Shown: one piece after another, positions 13,112-25,229 of the stretch
How the letters are laid out: each line of letters begins with the position of its first letter
Numbering within the stretch: the stretch's first letter is position 1
Source: Octopus vulgaris
Lineage: Eukaryota
DNA length: 64,000 nt
Assembly (NCBI GenBank): GCA_951406725.2
Contig: OX597826.1
Location: 19,034,001 to 19,098,000, forward strand
Direction of reading: 5' to 3'
The notes under the pieces: model-generated
Told to the model about the DNA's origin: nothing
The model's database searches: none
What the model saw: only the letters and a program-made list of their open reading frames with translations
Made by a program: the position numbers and the translations under genes

Positions 13112-13497
13112 CTAGCAGTATCGCCCAGCGTTGCTCGGGTTTGTAAGGGAAATAACTATAAAGCATTTTTAGAGAGTTATAGCCAAAAAAATAGCAAAAA
13201 AATGCATCAAAAATGGAAAAAAAATTATGGTAAATTTTTTTTTAAATCGTTGACTCATCGTAGACATTTTTAGAGAGTTACTTCCCTTATATAATAGCGA
13301 AAAAATGCATTAAAATGGAAAAAAATGATGGTAAATTTTTTTAAAATCGTAGACGCGCGCTAATACCCAGAAGGGCTCGATATGAATCACGACTATAAGA
13401 TACCCGGTTTTGGTTAAACTGCACCGCAAAATGTGGGAGTAGTTAGGAATCTAAATCGTAAGAGACAGACACACAACTTGACTTTTATATATAAAGA
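13112..13497 (-). mobile_element. Non-autonomous Helitron (386 bp)
   Basis: Minus strand starts A|TC and ends CTAG|T, with subterminal hairpin CCCGAGCAACGCTGGG. No TSD. A second copy is at 50727-51110. Confidence 0.85.
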
Positions 13498-13701
13498 TAT
13501 CTACATATATATATATCTACATATATAATATATATCTACACATATCCTAGTTAAGGACCATATTCATGTGAATTCATTAGAATTCACTTGAATCTCAATT
13601 ATATATACATATATATATCTACACATATATATATATATCTACATATATATATATATAATTAATTAATAAGGGTGAGAGAATTAGATACTAATTTAATAGT
13701 A

Positions 13702-13820
<119 letters not shown>

Positions 13821-13862
13821 ATTAATTAATAAGGGTGAGAGAATTAGATACTAATTTAATAG

Positions 13863-13901
<39 letters not shown>

Positions 13902-14025
13902 TATATATATATATATATATATCTACACATATATATATATCTACATATATATCTACACATATATATATATCTACACATATATCTACACATATATCTACAT
14001 ATATATATCTACACACACATATATG

Positions 14026-14059
<34 letters not shown>

Positions 14060-14471
14060 TATATATATACACACATATAAACAACACATATGCATATTGT
14101 AGTACCAATTTTGACCTCCATAAAATACCAAGTTATATCTAATTTGCATTGCGAGAGCAAATGGTTTATCGAAAGCGTATCTTGTTAAATGCTTGAAATG
14201 CGAGAGTAGTAAAACAGCCAACAACTGATGAAGGGATGTTGTTTGTGTCGTTTGTCTTATCTTCCATTTGTGTCATTCATTGTTCGAAAAAATAGTTCAT
14301 ACTCCATATATTTTTGTTGTACACATTTCATGACATCCTGTGCCCACTACATATATATATATATTTGTATAGATGTAAGTATGTATATATACCTACATAT
14401 ATATGCATGCATGCATATATATATATATATATATATATAAACAAGAAAAAAGCAACAAAAATTTATCAATA

Positions 14472-14561
14472 TTTCGGTACAATTGTTTCGTACGAAGACC
14501 ACCTTTATTAAGGCTGCAAATATTGCAGCAAATACATGTGACCCGTACTCATCAGCCGAAA
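14472..14561 (-). ncRNA. Type I hammerhead ribozyme motif (canonical core)
   Basis: UUUCGG-CUGAUGA-GUACG-[49 nt]-CGUAC-GAAAC-AAUU-GUA^CCGAAA. Helices I, II and III all pair. Confidence 0.85.
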
Positions 14562-14985
14562 AAACATATTTTCCTCTCAGTTACCCCATTATACCCTATG
14601 TGAGTGACTGTCTCTATGCTCCACTAAATTTCCTTCGACAAATTCTAACATAGCAGTTTTGAGAAATGATCAGAAATGCAACCAGCATACCATCATACAT
14701 CAAGAAACCCACTTTATTATGGACTAATTATGGATAAATACATCGTCTGTGAGTATGAAATCTCTCCTCATATCTCCAGAATTCAAACCTACTTCATTAT
14801 GGATGGAGTTACATTTTCATTTTCTGTGAAACTAAGAGGTTTTTTAAAAACCTGTTATATGACTGTACAACATTAAAGAACTTTGGAAATCCGTTTATTA
14901 TCTAAATCTGATTTTTATAGAACTATCCCTGATGTTTCAGGAGTGTAGACTCACCCCCTTAGATGTTTTGAGAACTCAGATGTTT

Positions 14986-15044
14986 TTTCGGCTGATGAGT
15001 ACAGGTCACGTGCATTTGCTTCGTACGAAACAACTGTACCAAAA
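14986..15044 (+). ncRNA. Type I hammerhead ribozyme motif, second slightly decayed copy
   Basis: UUUCGG-CUGAUGA-GUAC-[20 nt]-GUAC-GAAAC-AACU-GUA^CCAAAA, with one mismatch in helix I. Confidence 0.75.
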
Positions 15045-15215
15045 TATTGATCCATTTTTGTTGCTTTTTTCTTGTTTATAATCACCCCGCATTATCTTAT
15101 GGTTAACACCATATAGATTTCTGGTGCATCTAAGTAAAGTACCGCATTCATGTGAATTCAACAGAACTCACTTGAATCTTAATAGCTTTTACTGTATGTA
15201 TATATATATATATAT

Positions 15216-15404
15216 AGTTAATCCAAACAAGAAAGCACAAAAAAACACTATGTGAGGATGTAGAACAAATATAGTATTATTGGACGCTCAGGAAAGCAGG
15301 AGGGTTTAACGTTTCGAGCGGAGCTCTTCGTCGGAAACATAGGAGAAGGAAAGATCCAGAGAAGGGAAGACAGAGGAAAAAAATCGCCAACGGTACACAC
15401 GCGG
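15216..15404 (-). mobile_element. Penelope-like terminal fragment with a minimal hammerhead variant (15304-15338)
   Basis: GUUU-CCGACGA-A-GAGC-UCC-GCUC-GAAAC-GUU-AAAC. Same family as 37056-37237. Confidence 0.6.
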
Positions 15405-15944
15405 ATATATATACACACATATACATATATATAGACATACATATACCGCTGTTGGTACGTGAACACAGCAACAAGTGATTTTGGGGGTCAAATACAAACA
15501 AACACACACACGTGTGCGTGTGTCTTTGTGTATATAATTTATATGACTGGCTTCTTTCAGTTTCAGTTGACCAAATGCACTCGCAAGTCTTTGGTTAGCC
15601 CAAGAATGCTACACAATGGGACTCAACATGGCACCCTGCAAACAAACACCTTACCACACAGCAACACTCCTTCACACACACACATCTGTGGGAGTGTATA
15701 CATATATATTAAAGCATATGCAATATACTGTGCAGCTCAACCTTGTTTCACCTGTCACAAGTTTCAGAAATTTCTAATGCAAATTTCTACATATATGCTT
15801 CAGGTAGTGTAGATCAGTTCCTCTAAGAATCCGCAGTTTTTCATCTTCTCTAATGTGCCAGGGACTGGTAGTATTTCTTAGTAATATTAATTTATACCAT
15901 AATCAATATATAAAATGAATATATTAAAAGTCGAAATTTTTTTT

Positions 15945-16160
15945 ATTCTTTTACTTGTTTCTGTCATTTGACTGTGGCCATGCTAGAGCACTGACTTTAG
16001 TCAATCAAATCGACCCCAGGACTTATCCTTTATAAGCCTAGTATTTATTCTATCAGTCTCTTTTGCCAAACTGCTATGTTATGGGGACGTAAAGACACCA
16101 GCTTCGGTTGTCAAGCGATGTGGGGGGGGGAGGGACAAACACAGACACACAAACATATAT
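15945..16160 (-). mobile_element. SINE family A, 3' half
   Basis: Reverse complement of the family A tail and body. Confidence 0.8.
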
Positions 16161-16347
16161 ATATTTTGGATGATATCGATTACAAGTATATCAGAATTTA
16201 GGGTGAAAAAAAAATGGGTGCAAGGACTATTATTTCATACACCTTGCTTGTGTGTTTCCAATAGATTACAATTCTGGGGTTTGTTAATGAATATTTTGTA
16301 ATATTTTCCAGAGATATCGACATAATTTGAAAAAAAAAATAGAAGGT

Positions 16348-17093
16348 AAATTTGGGTTAATTTAAAGATCTTCGCCCATTAACAAAAGCAAAAAAAAAAA
16401 ACAAAAACAGCCTGCTGAATTTTTAAAATTGTATAGAAAACGAATATGACAAAAAAAAATGCGCAAACGAACATGGGGAGGTGGGGAGAGGGCTTTCGGA
16501 AAATTCACAACAGATATACATTGATTTTCTTTTACGGAATCCCAGGTATTTGGCTATGGAGGATCCGATTCTGAAAAACCATTTTCAAAATTTCTTTTTC
16601 GTGACATGGCGCTGCCGGGATCCTTTTACTGTTTCACTATGACGCATGCAGAAACAGACAAAACAACCATTCATTTTCACTTTTAAACAGCGGGATGGCG
16701 GGGAGAATTTTAGTTTGGAGTTTTTCATTAAAAATTTGAAACCAGAATTTGAATTTGTGTTCATTTTTTCCATATTTTTAATCTCCGTATTTTCCCAAGT
16801 AGACTGATTGAAAAAAAATTCGAAAAAGTTCTTTAAAAAATTTTGAAAATGCGACTTTTGAAAATTGTTTTTCAGAATCGGATCCTCCATAACCAAAAAA
16901 CGTGGGATTCCGTAAAAAAAAATCAATATATATCCATTTTTCCGAAAGTTATGACGGAAAAATCGGATCTTGTGAATTTTCCGAAAGTCCTCTCCCCACC
17001 TCCCCAGGTTCGTTTGCGCAATTTTTTGTCATATTCGTGTTTTGTTTTTGTTTTTTGGTAAACGGGTGAAGATCTTTATATCAACCTAAATTT
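16348..17093. mobile_element. Fold-back/MITE-like element with about 240-bp imperfect inverted arms
   Basis: 16348-16590 is the reverse complement of about 16855-17093 (for example GGAGGATCCGATTCTGAAAAAC / GTTTTTCAGAATCGGATCCTCC). Confidence 0.75.
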
Positions 17094-18224
17094 GTTGGTA
17101 TGACTGTTTTGTTTGCTAGAGGCCTTAGAATATATCCACGTGATCCCTGCTATTTCTAGTACACTAAACAACCACGTAGAGGACGAGCTACCTTCTGGAA
17201 AAGGCGTTTCAGAACAAATTCGGCTATAATTATAAACTACACCATCTAAAACGTATTTGTAGTAACATTTTCTTGAAAGAATATCAATTTTTCAGAAGAT
17301 TATGAGGAAACAAATCGAGGGGACAGACTTCAGTAGTTATGCGCATATCAAATAGATACACACACACACACAAATGTCTTATATTTTCTTTATTATTAGA
17401 CTACAACCATACTGAGGCACCGCCTTGAGGAATTTTTAGTCAAATGAATCGATCTCACTACTTATTTTCTTTTTTTTATATAACAAACACACACACATAT
17501 ATATATGCCAGAAGATCCTGTGCGCCCACATGTGAAACTTAGGAGTAACAAGAGAGTGACTCCGCGAAAATAAAATATTTATCACAACCACAGTATTGAG
17601 TACTCTCCTTCATAAACATATATATGTATATAACATTTCAAAATATCACTGGTGTTCTTGAAGAACAAACAATTGCAACTTGTTAGCTTGAAAAAATATA
17701 AACGATTCAGTCAGAGATTTTTATCGCTTTAGTGAACTTTGATTATAAAATAAAATGCGTTACTAATTGAAGGCGCAGTAACTAATAGTTGCAATGTGTC
17801 TGTTAGAATATAGACACGATGATTATATGAGATATAAGTTTGGAACTTCTTAATTAGTAGTAGAAAACAGGGATAGAAAATGGTCATAGAAGCCAACTCA
17901 AAGTAAGTAATTCTTAAGAAGCACGAGGTCCGTATAGGTCATGGATACAAAGTAAATGAAAACAATCAATGCACCACGAGGGGATCAAAGTTCATTCGAA
18001 GTTGACCAGCATTTTATATACATACATATATATTTATATATATATTGTCCGGTTGAGGAATGATACACACAAAATTTCATTTTAAATTTTTAGTCCACTT
18101 TATCATAATCTTCATCTAAAATGTTTATAAAATTTCATTACAAACTATACACACTTCTCTGGTTATGTGCATACATGCATATACGTGTGTGCGTATACAA
18201 ATGTGTTTAGACATACATCTATAA

Positions 18225-18983
18225 ATACGTATGTGTATACATGAGTTTATGTATATGTATATGTACACATGTATGTATATATGTGTATTTGTACACATGT
18301 ATGTATATGTGTATTTGTACACATGTATGTATGTGTATTTGTACACATGTTTATATATATATGTACACATGTATGTATATATATATATATATGTACACAT
18401 GTATGTATATATGTACACATGTATGTATATATATATATATTTACACACACACCAATATATATTTACACACACACATATATATATATTTACACACACACAT
18501 ATATATATTTACACACACACATATATATATTTACACACACACATATATATATATTTACACACACACATATATATATATTTACACACACACATATATATAT
18601 ATTTACACACACACATATATATATTTACACACACACATATATATATATTTACACACACACATATATATATATTTACACACACACATATATATATATTTAC
18701 ACACACACACATATATATATATATATTTACACACACACATATATATTTACACACACACACACATATATTTACACACACACACACATATATTTACACACAC
18801 ACACTTGTATATATTTACACACACACACATATATTTACACACACACACATATATATATTTACACACACACACACATATTTACACACACACATATATATAT
18901 GTATTTACACACACACATATATATATATGTATTTACACACACACATATATATATGTATTTACACACACACACACATTATATAC

Positions 18984-19041
<58 letters not shown>

Positions 19042-19052
19042 AGAGAGAGAGA
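18225..19052. repeat. (TA)nTTTA(CA)n and GTACACATGTAT minisatellites
   Basis: Seen directly in the sequence. Confidence 0.9.
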
Positions 19053-19746
19053 GTTTTAATTATCAGTGAATAAACATTCAAAGATATAAAATGTGAAAAA
19101 AAAATCCACGTGAGGCGGTAAAGAGAATAAAAAATAGCTTAAAAGTCTTAAAATGACGAATTAGTCGCTCATTCAAAGTATTTCTCTCCGAATGCTGCCG
19201 TTGAACAGAAAAAACCCCAATAAGAACCAATATTGGTCGATTGAAGCACAAAAAGTGAAGCGCAAGGGGAGTTGAATATAAACTTTGTATAAATGCAAAA
19301 CTATTAATAAGTGTTTCATGTTTAGCATAATATATAAATGTGTGTATAAAGTAATCAAAGTCGAATAAAGTTTTAAAGTTCAAGAAAATTAATTACAAAA
19401 TAGAAATAAATGAAAGAAAGAATAAAGAAAGATAAAATAAATGAATATTTGTAAATGTAGAAAAGTATAAACATGTTCAGATGTATGAAGTGTGTATATA
19501 TACTGGCCACAGTCAAATAAGACTGAAACAAATAAAAGATTTTATACATACATATATATATATAAGTATATATATATTTTATATATATCGTTAAAGGCAT
19601 GAAACTAGGTATTAGTATTTTTCGGTCGATAATTGATGAATATTAGGGTTCTGGTGTCTATCCTACGTGTAGTATTTAATACATTTTTCATTATATACAT
19701 AAATATATATATAGATATATATAGATATAATTTATATATAGATATA

Positions 19747-19782
<36 letters not shown>

Positions 19783-19853
19783 GCACACACACACATGTAT
19801 GTATGTATAGGGTTGAACATGTAGAAAGGAAAGCAGCGAGTGTGTTGACTTAC

Positions 19854-20340
19854 CGTCGGTGCCAGATGGAGTGATTGGTTGCGAGCCGGAGATGTCGTCA
19901 GAGACAAATATCCGGGATGGAATGTGTGCTAATACCCAGCGGAAACTCAAACCGGATGAGCAAGTAGCGGTCCGCCATCATTTCCATAGAGTAGCGCGCG
20001 AGGCCCGGATGGAGGACGGCCAGCCGTGCCGCACACACCCACACATACCTCACATAACGCAGATAGAGAGAGAGACAAGGAGGGCGGCGTTAGGTGGGGG
20101 AGGTGCCTTAATGGGATGAATGGAAAGGAGGGCGGTGATGATGATGATGGTGATGATGATGGTGGTGGTGGGAGTGGGTGGGGTGTAGGGAAGTTAGCGG
20201 CTACTTGGCAGCAACAGCTTCATGTTTGGTGACTATGATGATGATGAAGAAGACAGTGTTGGTGTTGTTGGAGACAGTAACGATGGTAGTTAGGGTGACG
20301 GAAGGGTGTGGGAAGAGGAACGTAAACGAACCAGCAATGC
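19854..20340 (-). other. Candidate first (5' UTR) exon of a minus-strand host gene, containing a 29-aa uORF (19898-19987)
   Basis: Unique, CpG-richer island ending at a consensus donor ACG|GTAAGT (exon end 19854). The upstream boundary is uncertain. Confidence 0.45.
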
Positions 20341-20711
20341 AAATTAGTTGTCACTCCTTTACATAAAACTCACAAGTCTTTCCACCTCCTCTCTTTCTCT
20401 TTCTCTCTACCTCTCTCTCTCTCTTACTTTCCTTTTCACACTTTCTTTTCTTATTTACCCAATTCCTCGCTTCCTCTCTTTTTCTTCTCACTCATTCTCT
20501 ATTATTTTTCATTCTCTGTGTCTTTAACAACTATTTTTTACTGCTGACTTTCTATCTCTTTCATTTCATTTTAACTTTACTTTCATTCTTTAATGCTCTG
20601 CCTTCATGTGATTTTTTAAAATTCTTTTCTTTCTTGATCTGTCCTCTTCTTTTTTACGCCCTACTCCACTCACGGATTGACGATAAATTCTGATCACTAT
20701 ACAGTTTACGG

Positions 20712-21490
20712 CCCGGTCACGAAAAATAACAACAAAAAAAAAAAACCTACTAGGTGTGAAAAAATGTGTAGCGAAAGAATATGAAAACAAAAATTTGCGC
20801 AAACGAACGGGGAGGACTTTCGAAACATTCAGAAGATTCGATTTTTCTCTCATAACTTTCAGGAAAATGGATTTATATCTATTGATAAAATTTTAGAGAT
20901 ATCGTTTAAATGGCACAGGTTACGATTATAAAGAAATTTCTGGTGAGAATGTTTTCCGAATGTGAGGATTTCGGAAAAATTACACGATCCGATTTTTAAC
21001 CTCTTAACTTTCAGGAAAATGGATATCTTTTGATGAAATTTTACAGAAACACCTTTCAAACAGCATAGATTACGATTATGAAGAAATTTGTAGGGGAAAT
21101 GTTTTCCGAAGGAGTGAGGAGAGGATGGTCAGAAAGTTCATACGATCCGTTTTTTCCCTCATATCTTTCATGATCTAGTTTAGTACCCGGTCACCAAAAT
21201 AAACAAAAAAAGTCTACTAGGTGTAAAAAAAAACACGTGTAGAAAATGAATGGGAAAACAATGTTTTCCCTGAAAGTTATGAGGAAAAAAAATCGGATCG
21301 TTTGAATTTTCCGAAAGTCCTCCCCTCCCCCCCATCCCCGTTTGTTTGCGCAAATTTTTGTTTTGATATTCATTTGCTACACGTTTTTCCCTTGCACCTA
21401 GTAGCAAATCTCTTCATAATCGTAATCTTTGCCGCTTGAAAGGTGTTTCAGTAAAATTTCATCAAAAGATGTCCATTTTCCTGAAAGTTA
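20712..21490. mobile_element. Rearranged arms of the fold-back family related to 16348-17093
   Basis: Shared blocks TGCGCAAACGAAC, TTTTCCGAAAGTCCTC and TAACTTTCAGGAAAATGGA occur in both orientations. A further piece lies at about 22042-22170. Confidence 0.6.
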
Positions 21491-21915
21491 TACTCTTTAC
21501 TCTCTTTACTCTTTTACTTGTTTCAGTCATTTGACTGCGGCCATGCTGGAGCACCGCCTTTAGTCGATCAAAATCGACCCCGGAACTTATTCTTTATAAG
21601 CCCAGTACTTATTCTATCGGTCTCTTTTGCCGAACCGCTAAGTGGCGGGGACGTAAACACACCAGCATCGGTTGTCAAGCAATGCTAGGGGGACAAACAC
21701 AGACACACACAAACACACACACACACACACACTTATATATAAATATACATATATACGACAGGCTTCTTTCAGTTTCCGTCTACCAAATCCACTCACAAGG
21801 CATTGGTCGGCCCGGGGCTATAGCAGAAGACACTTGCCCAAGATGCCACGCAGTGGGACTGAACCCAGAACCATGTGGTTGGTTAGCAAGCTACTTACCA
21901 CACAGCCACTCCTGC
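21491..21915 (-). mobile_element. SINE family A, full length, young
   Basis: Complete head (GCAGGAGTGGCTGTGTGG), CORE-like TTGGGCAAGT and a repeated tail. Confidence 0.9.
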
Positions 21916-22990
21916 GGTTGTCAAGCGATTGGGGAAAGAACAAATACACACACACACACACACACACATATACAAATATACGACGGGCTTCTTTCAGTTT
22001 CCGTCTACCAAATCCTCTCACAAGGCTTTGGTCGGCCAGAGGTTATGAGAGGGAAAAAAACGGATGGTGTAAATTTTCTGAAACCCCACCCCCCACCCCC
22101 ACCCCTTCGGAAAACATTTTCCCCAGAAATTTCTTTGTAATCGTAATTTTTGCCATTTGAACGGTTTTCTACACAGACTGCGGCCATGCTGGGGCACTGT
22201 CTTCAAGAATTTTTTAGTCGAATCAATCGACCCCAGTGTATTTTATTAAAGTCTGGTACTTACTTTATTCGTCTTTTGGCTGAATCGCAAAGTTATAGGG
22301 ACATAAGCACACCACCACCGGTTGTCAATGGGTGGTGGGGACAGACACACATACATACATACATACGCACATACACACACATATACATACATACATATAT
22401 ACATACATATATATGTATCTATGTATATATTCTTTTACTTGTTTCAGTCATTTGACTGTGGCCATGCTGGAGCACCGCCTAGAAATCGACCCCTAGACTT
22501 ATTCTTTGTAAGCCTAGTACTTATCATATCGGTCTCTTTTGCCGAACCGCTAAGTTACGGGGACGTAAACACACCAGCATCGGTTGTCAAGCGATTGGGG
22601 AGAGAACAAATACACACACACACACACACACATATACAAATATACGACGGGCTTCTTTCAGTTTCCGTCTACCAAATCCACTCACAAGGCTTTGGTCGGC
22701 CAGAGGTTATGGTACAAGACACCTGTCGAAGGTGCCAACCCGGGACCATGTGGTTGGGAAGGAAGCTTCTTACCACACAGCCACGCCTGCGCCTCTTTTA
22801 CTTGTTTCGGTCATTTGACTGCGACCATGCTGGAGCACCGCCTTTAGTCGAACAAATCAATCCCAGGACTTATTCTTTGTAAGCCTAGTACTTATTCTAT
22901 CAGTCTCTTTTGCAGAACCGCTAAGTTACGGGGACGTAAACACACCAACATCGGTTGTCCAGCGATAGTGTGGGGACAAACACACACACA
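21916..22990 (-). mobile_element. Cluster of family A SINE copies (about 21916-22045, 22176-22345, 22431-22793, 22795-22990)
   Basis: Repeated family A body and tail blocks, all on the minus strand. Confidence 0.85.
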
Positions 22991-23026
22991 TACATGTATA
23001 TATATATATGTGTGTGTGTGTATTAG

Positions 23027-23574
23027 TATCAGGTCACTTTCGAGTGCTACTGGTAACATGTAACCCAGTACGACCTGTTGCATTGTCGGGTCGTCGGCGA
23101 CTAAACCGGCAACCCCACCAAGCTTGCTTGGTGAGGAAGGTGTTTATTGGACACCCTGCGGGATGAAAAACAAAACCCGTCAAAGAGCGGAGGAACTCTT
23201 GAGAGTCAACGGCCATCAATAAATCTCTTAAGATGCGCGGGGATATAGAAATAATTGGACTGAATACCCGATTACGCGGTTAGACCATTGGGAGTGAAGG
23301 ACTCCTAGCTTTGTTAGGGCATCCTTCTAGGAGAAGGTAACTCAGGTAACTGGGATAACTCCGACATAAAACCTGCGGCTCAGTGGTTACCGATGATGTT
23401 GACCTGTTCTTCTTTTCGGATTATGGCTGCTGTTGCTTAGTGAGTGGGATTGACTCAGTGCACAGCCTTTCTTCACTTTAAAAAAAATCTTCTTGCACAG
23501 GCATTGCACGATAACAACATTGATTAAGCATCGTGCAATGGCCATACTCGATAACGAAGGGGCAGCCACCCTAT

Positions 23575-23578
<4 letters not shown>
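23027..23578 (+). mobile_element. GC-balanced non-coding element resembling an RTE-type 5' UTR or non-autonomous derivative
   Basis: Bounded by microsatellites, with several hairpins and a CTAGGAGAAGG.AACTC block reminiscent of RTE 5' UTRs (recalled, not verified). Confidence 0.35.
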
Positions 23579-23631
<53 letters not shown>

Positions 23632-23635
<4 letters not shown>

Positions 23636-24790
23636 GTTGTTTCACATGAAATGTCGCATTTTTATTTAATTATTTGTTATTTCAGTCATTTAAAATCTCA
23701 ATTATGTATATCTTTATGCATTTAATCTCGACTCTTTTTCTTTCCCAACAATATTGGTGTAGAAAATTCGTACGCACAGATCTTATGAAAATGATAACAA
23801 CCAAACTATGTTGAGTTTTTTTCTCGTATGAATACAAACTGGGTCTCTCTGCCGCAGAAGCTCTTCGGAATATCAAGCGAGCCTTCGGTAATAGTTTTGT
23901 TGACATCAGAATTGTTCAGAGATGGTTCCAAAGCTCTCGTTCAGGAAATGATAGCCTTGAAAATAAACCAAATGGTAGGCTAAAATCAATTATTCGGCAT
24001 GATGGATTAAATGCTTTGGTTGAACAAAATCCGAGAACATAGGTTCGAAAACTTTCATTAGAACTCCAAACATACCATACAACTGTTTTTGGACACTGTA
24101 AAAAATTGGAAAAGTCAAGAAGACAGATAGGTTTGTTCCACATCAACAGAACGAGATTTAAAAAAAACCGACGCCTCGAGTGTGCTCCTTATTGCTTCCT
24201 CAACTGGAAAAAGACCATTTTTGCATCAAATCATTACTTGTGATGAGAAATGGATACCCTTTGACAATAGCAGGAGAACAGGACAGAGATTAGATGCAGG
24301 AGAGTCACATAAAGACTACCCAAACCCACCATTGCACCCTGAAAAGTTAGTGGCCACTGTATGGTGGGCTGCGAAAGGAGTTATTTATTATTCATTTTTG
24401 CAACAAGGTAAAACGGTAACAGCAACATCGTATTGCCAGGAAATTGATTGTATGCATGAGAATTTGAAAAAGAAGCAACCCAGACTAGTGAATAGAGATG
24501 ACCCAATTTTGCTCCACGACAATGCACGTCCTCACACTCCTCAAGCTACGGTCCAAAACTAGCAAAGCCTGAATTATGAGATTCCACTGATATCTCTCCT
24601 ACTGATCATCGCTTATTTAAGCATTTTGAGCTTTTCATAAGCAATAAAACATTCTTAAATAGAGAAGAGGTAATTGAAGCACTTGGACAGTTTTACCACA
24701 ACAAAAGATGTTTTTTTTTTAAGATGGAATATATGACATAGAGAAACGTTGGGTAAACGTCATAAATGAACATGGATCACATTTAAATAA
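23632..24790 (+). mobile_element. Mariner (DD34D-type) transposon fossil
   Basis: TA|TTAGGTTG TIR start, HTH region YEYKLG...RWF, catalytic ITCDEKW and LLHDNARPH. Frameshifts and stops are present; the right TIR was not found. Confidence 0.9.
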
Positions 24791-24828
24791 ATATAGCTCT
24801 CTAACACTTCTGGAACATTTCTAAATAT

Positions 24829-24985
24829 ACGACGGGCTTCTTTCAGTTTCCTTCTACCAAATCCTCTCACAATGCTCTGGTCGGCCTGAGGCTATAGTAG
24901 AAGACATTTACCCAAGGTACCACGCAGTGGGACTGAACCAGGAACCATGTGGTTGGGAAGCAAGCTTCTTACCACACAGCCACAT
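24829..24985 (-). mobile_element. SINE family A, 5' half
   Basis: Head and CORE-like block on the minus strand. Confidence 0.8.
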
Positions 24986-25229
24986 GTGTATGTGTCTGTC
25001 TGTTTGTCTGTCTGTTGCAAAATCCTACTTCCGTACCTCAAAGTGGTGCAATAGTGGCAATGGTTGTTCGGTAGCTTATGATACATTAGTAATCCGGGAC
25101 AAAAGAGACCGCACTACTGTCTTTACAGAATTATTGTACGGAAGCGAACACGTAGTCTATTCGCTAAAGGGTGGAAGCCAGCTGAACTGAAGAGGTTATA
25201 AATTCCCTTCTCGCCTAACCAGCGGGTAA

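Larger units (their letters stand above)
14436..15195 (+). mobile_element. Penelope-like remnant with an inverted 5' partial terminal repeat
   Basis: Inverted arms 14436-14567 and 14980-15080 each carry a hammerhead motif. The interior has weak PLE-like peptide remnants (PIIPYVS, AVLRND). The 3' end 15146-15183 recurs at 13562-13600. Confidence 0.6.

Noticed and set aside
19880-19920. Antizyme-type frameshift site or selenoprotein CxU motif
   Set aside because: The context is UGU-CUC-UGA-C rather than the conserved UCC-UGA-U, there is no recognisable antizyme or selenoprotein similarity, and no SECIS is visible. Kept only as speculation in the uORF finding.
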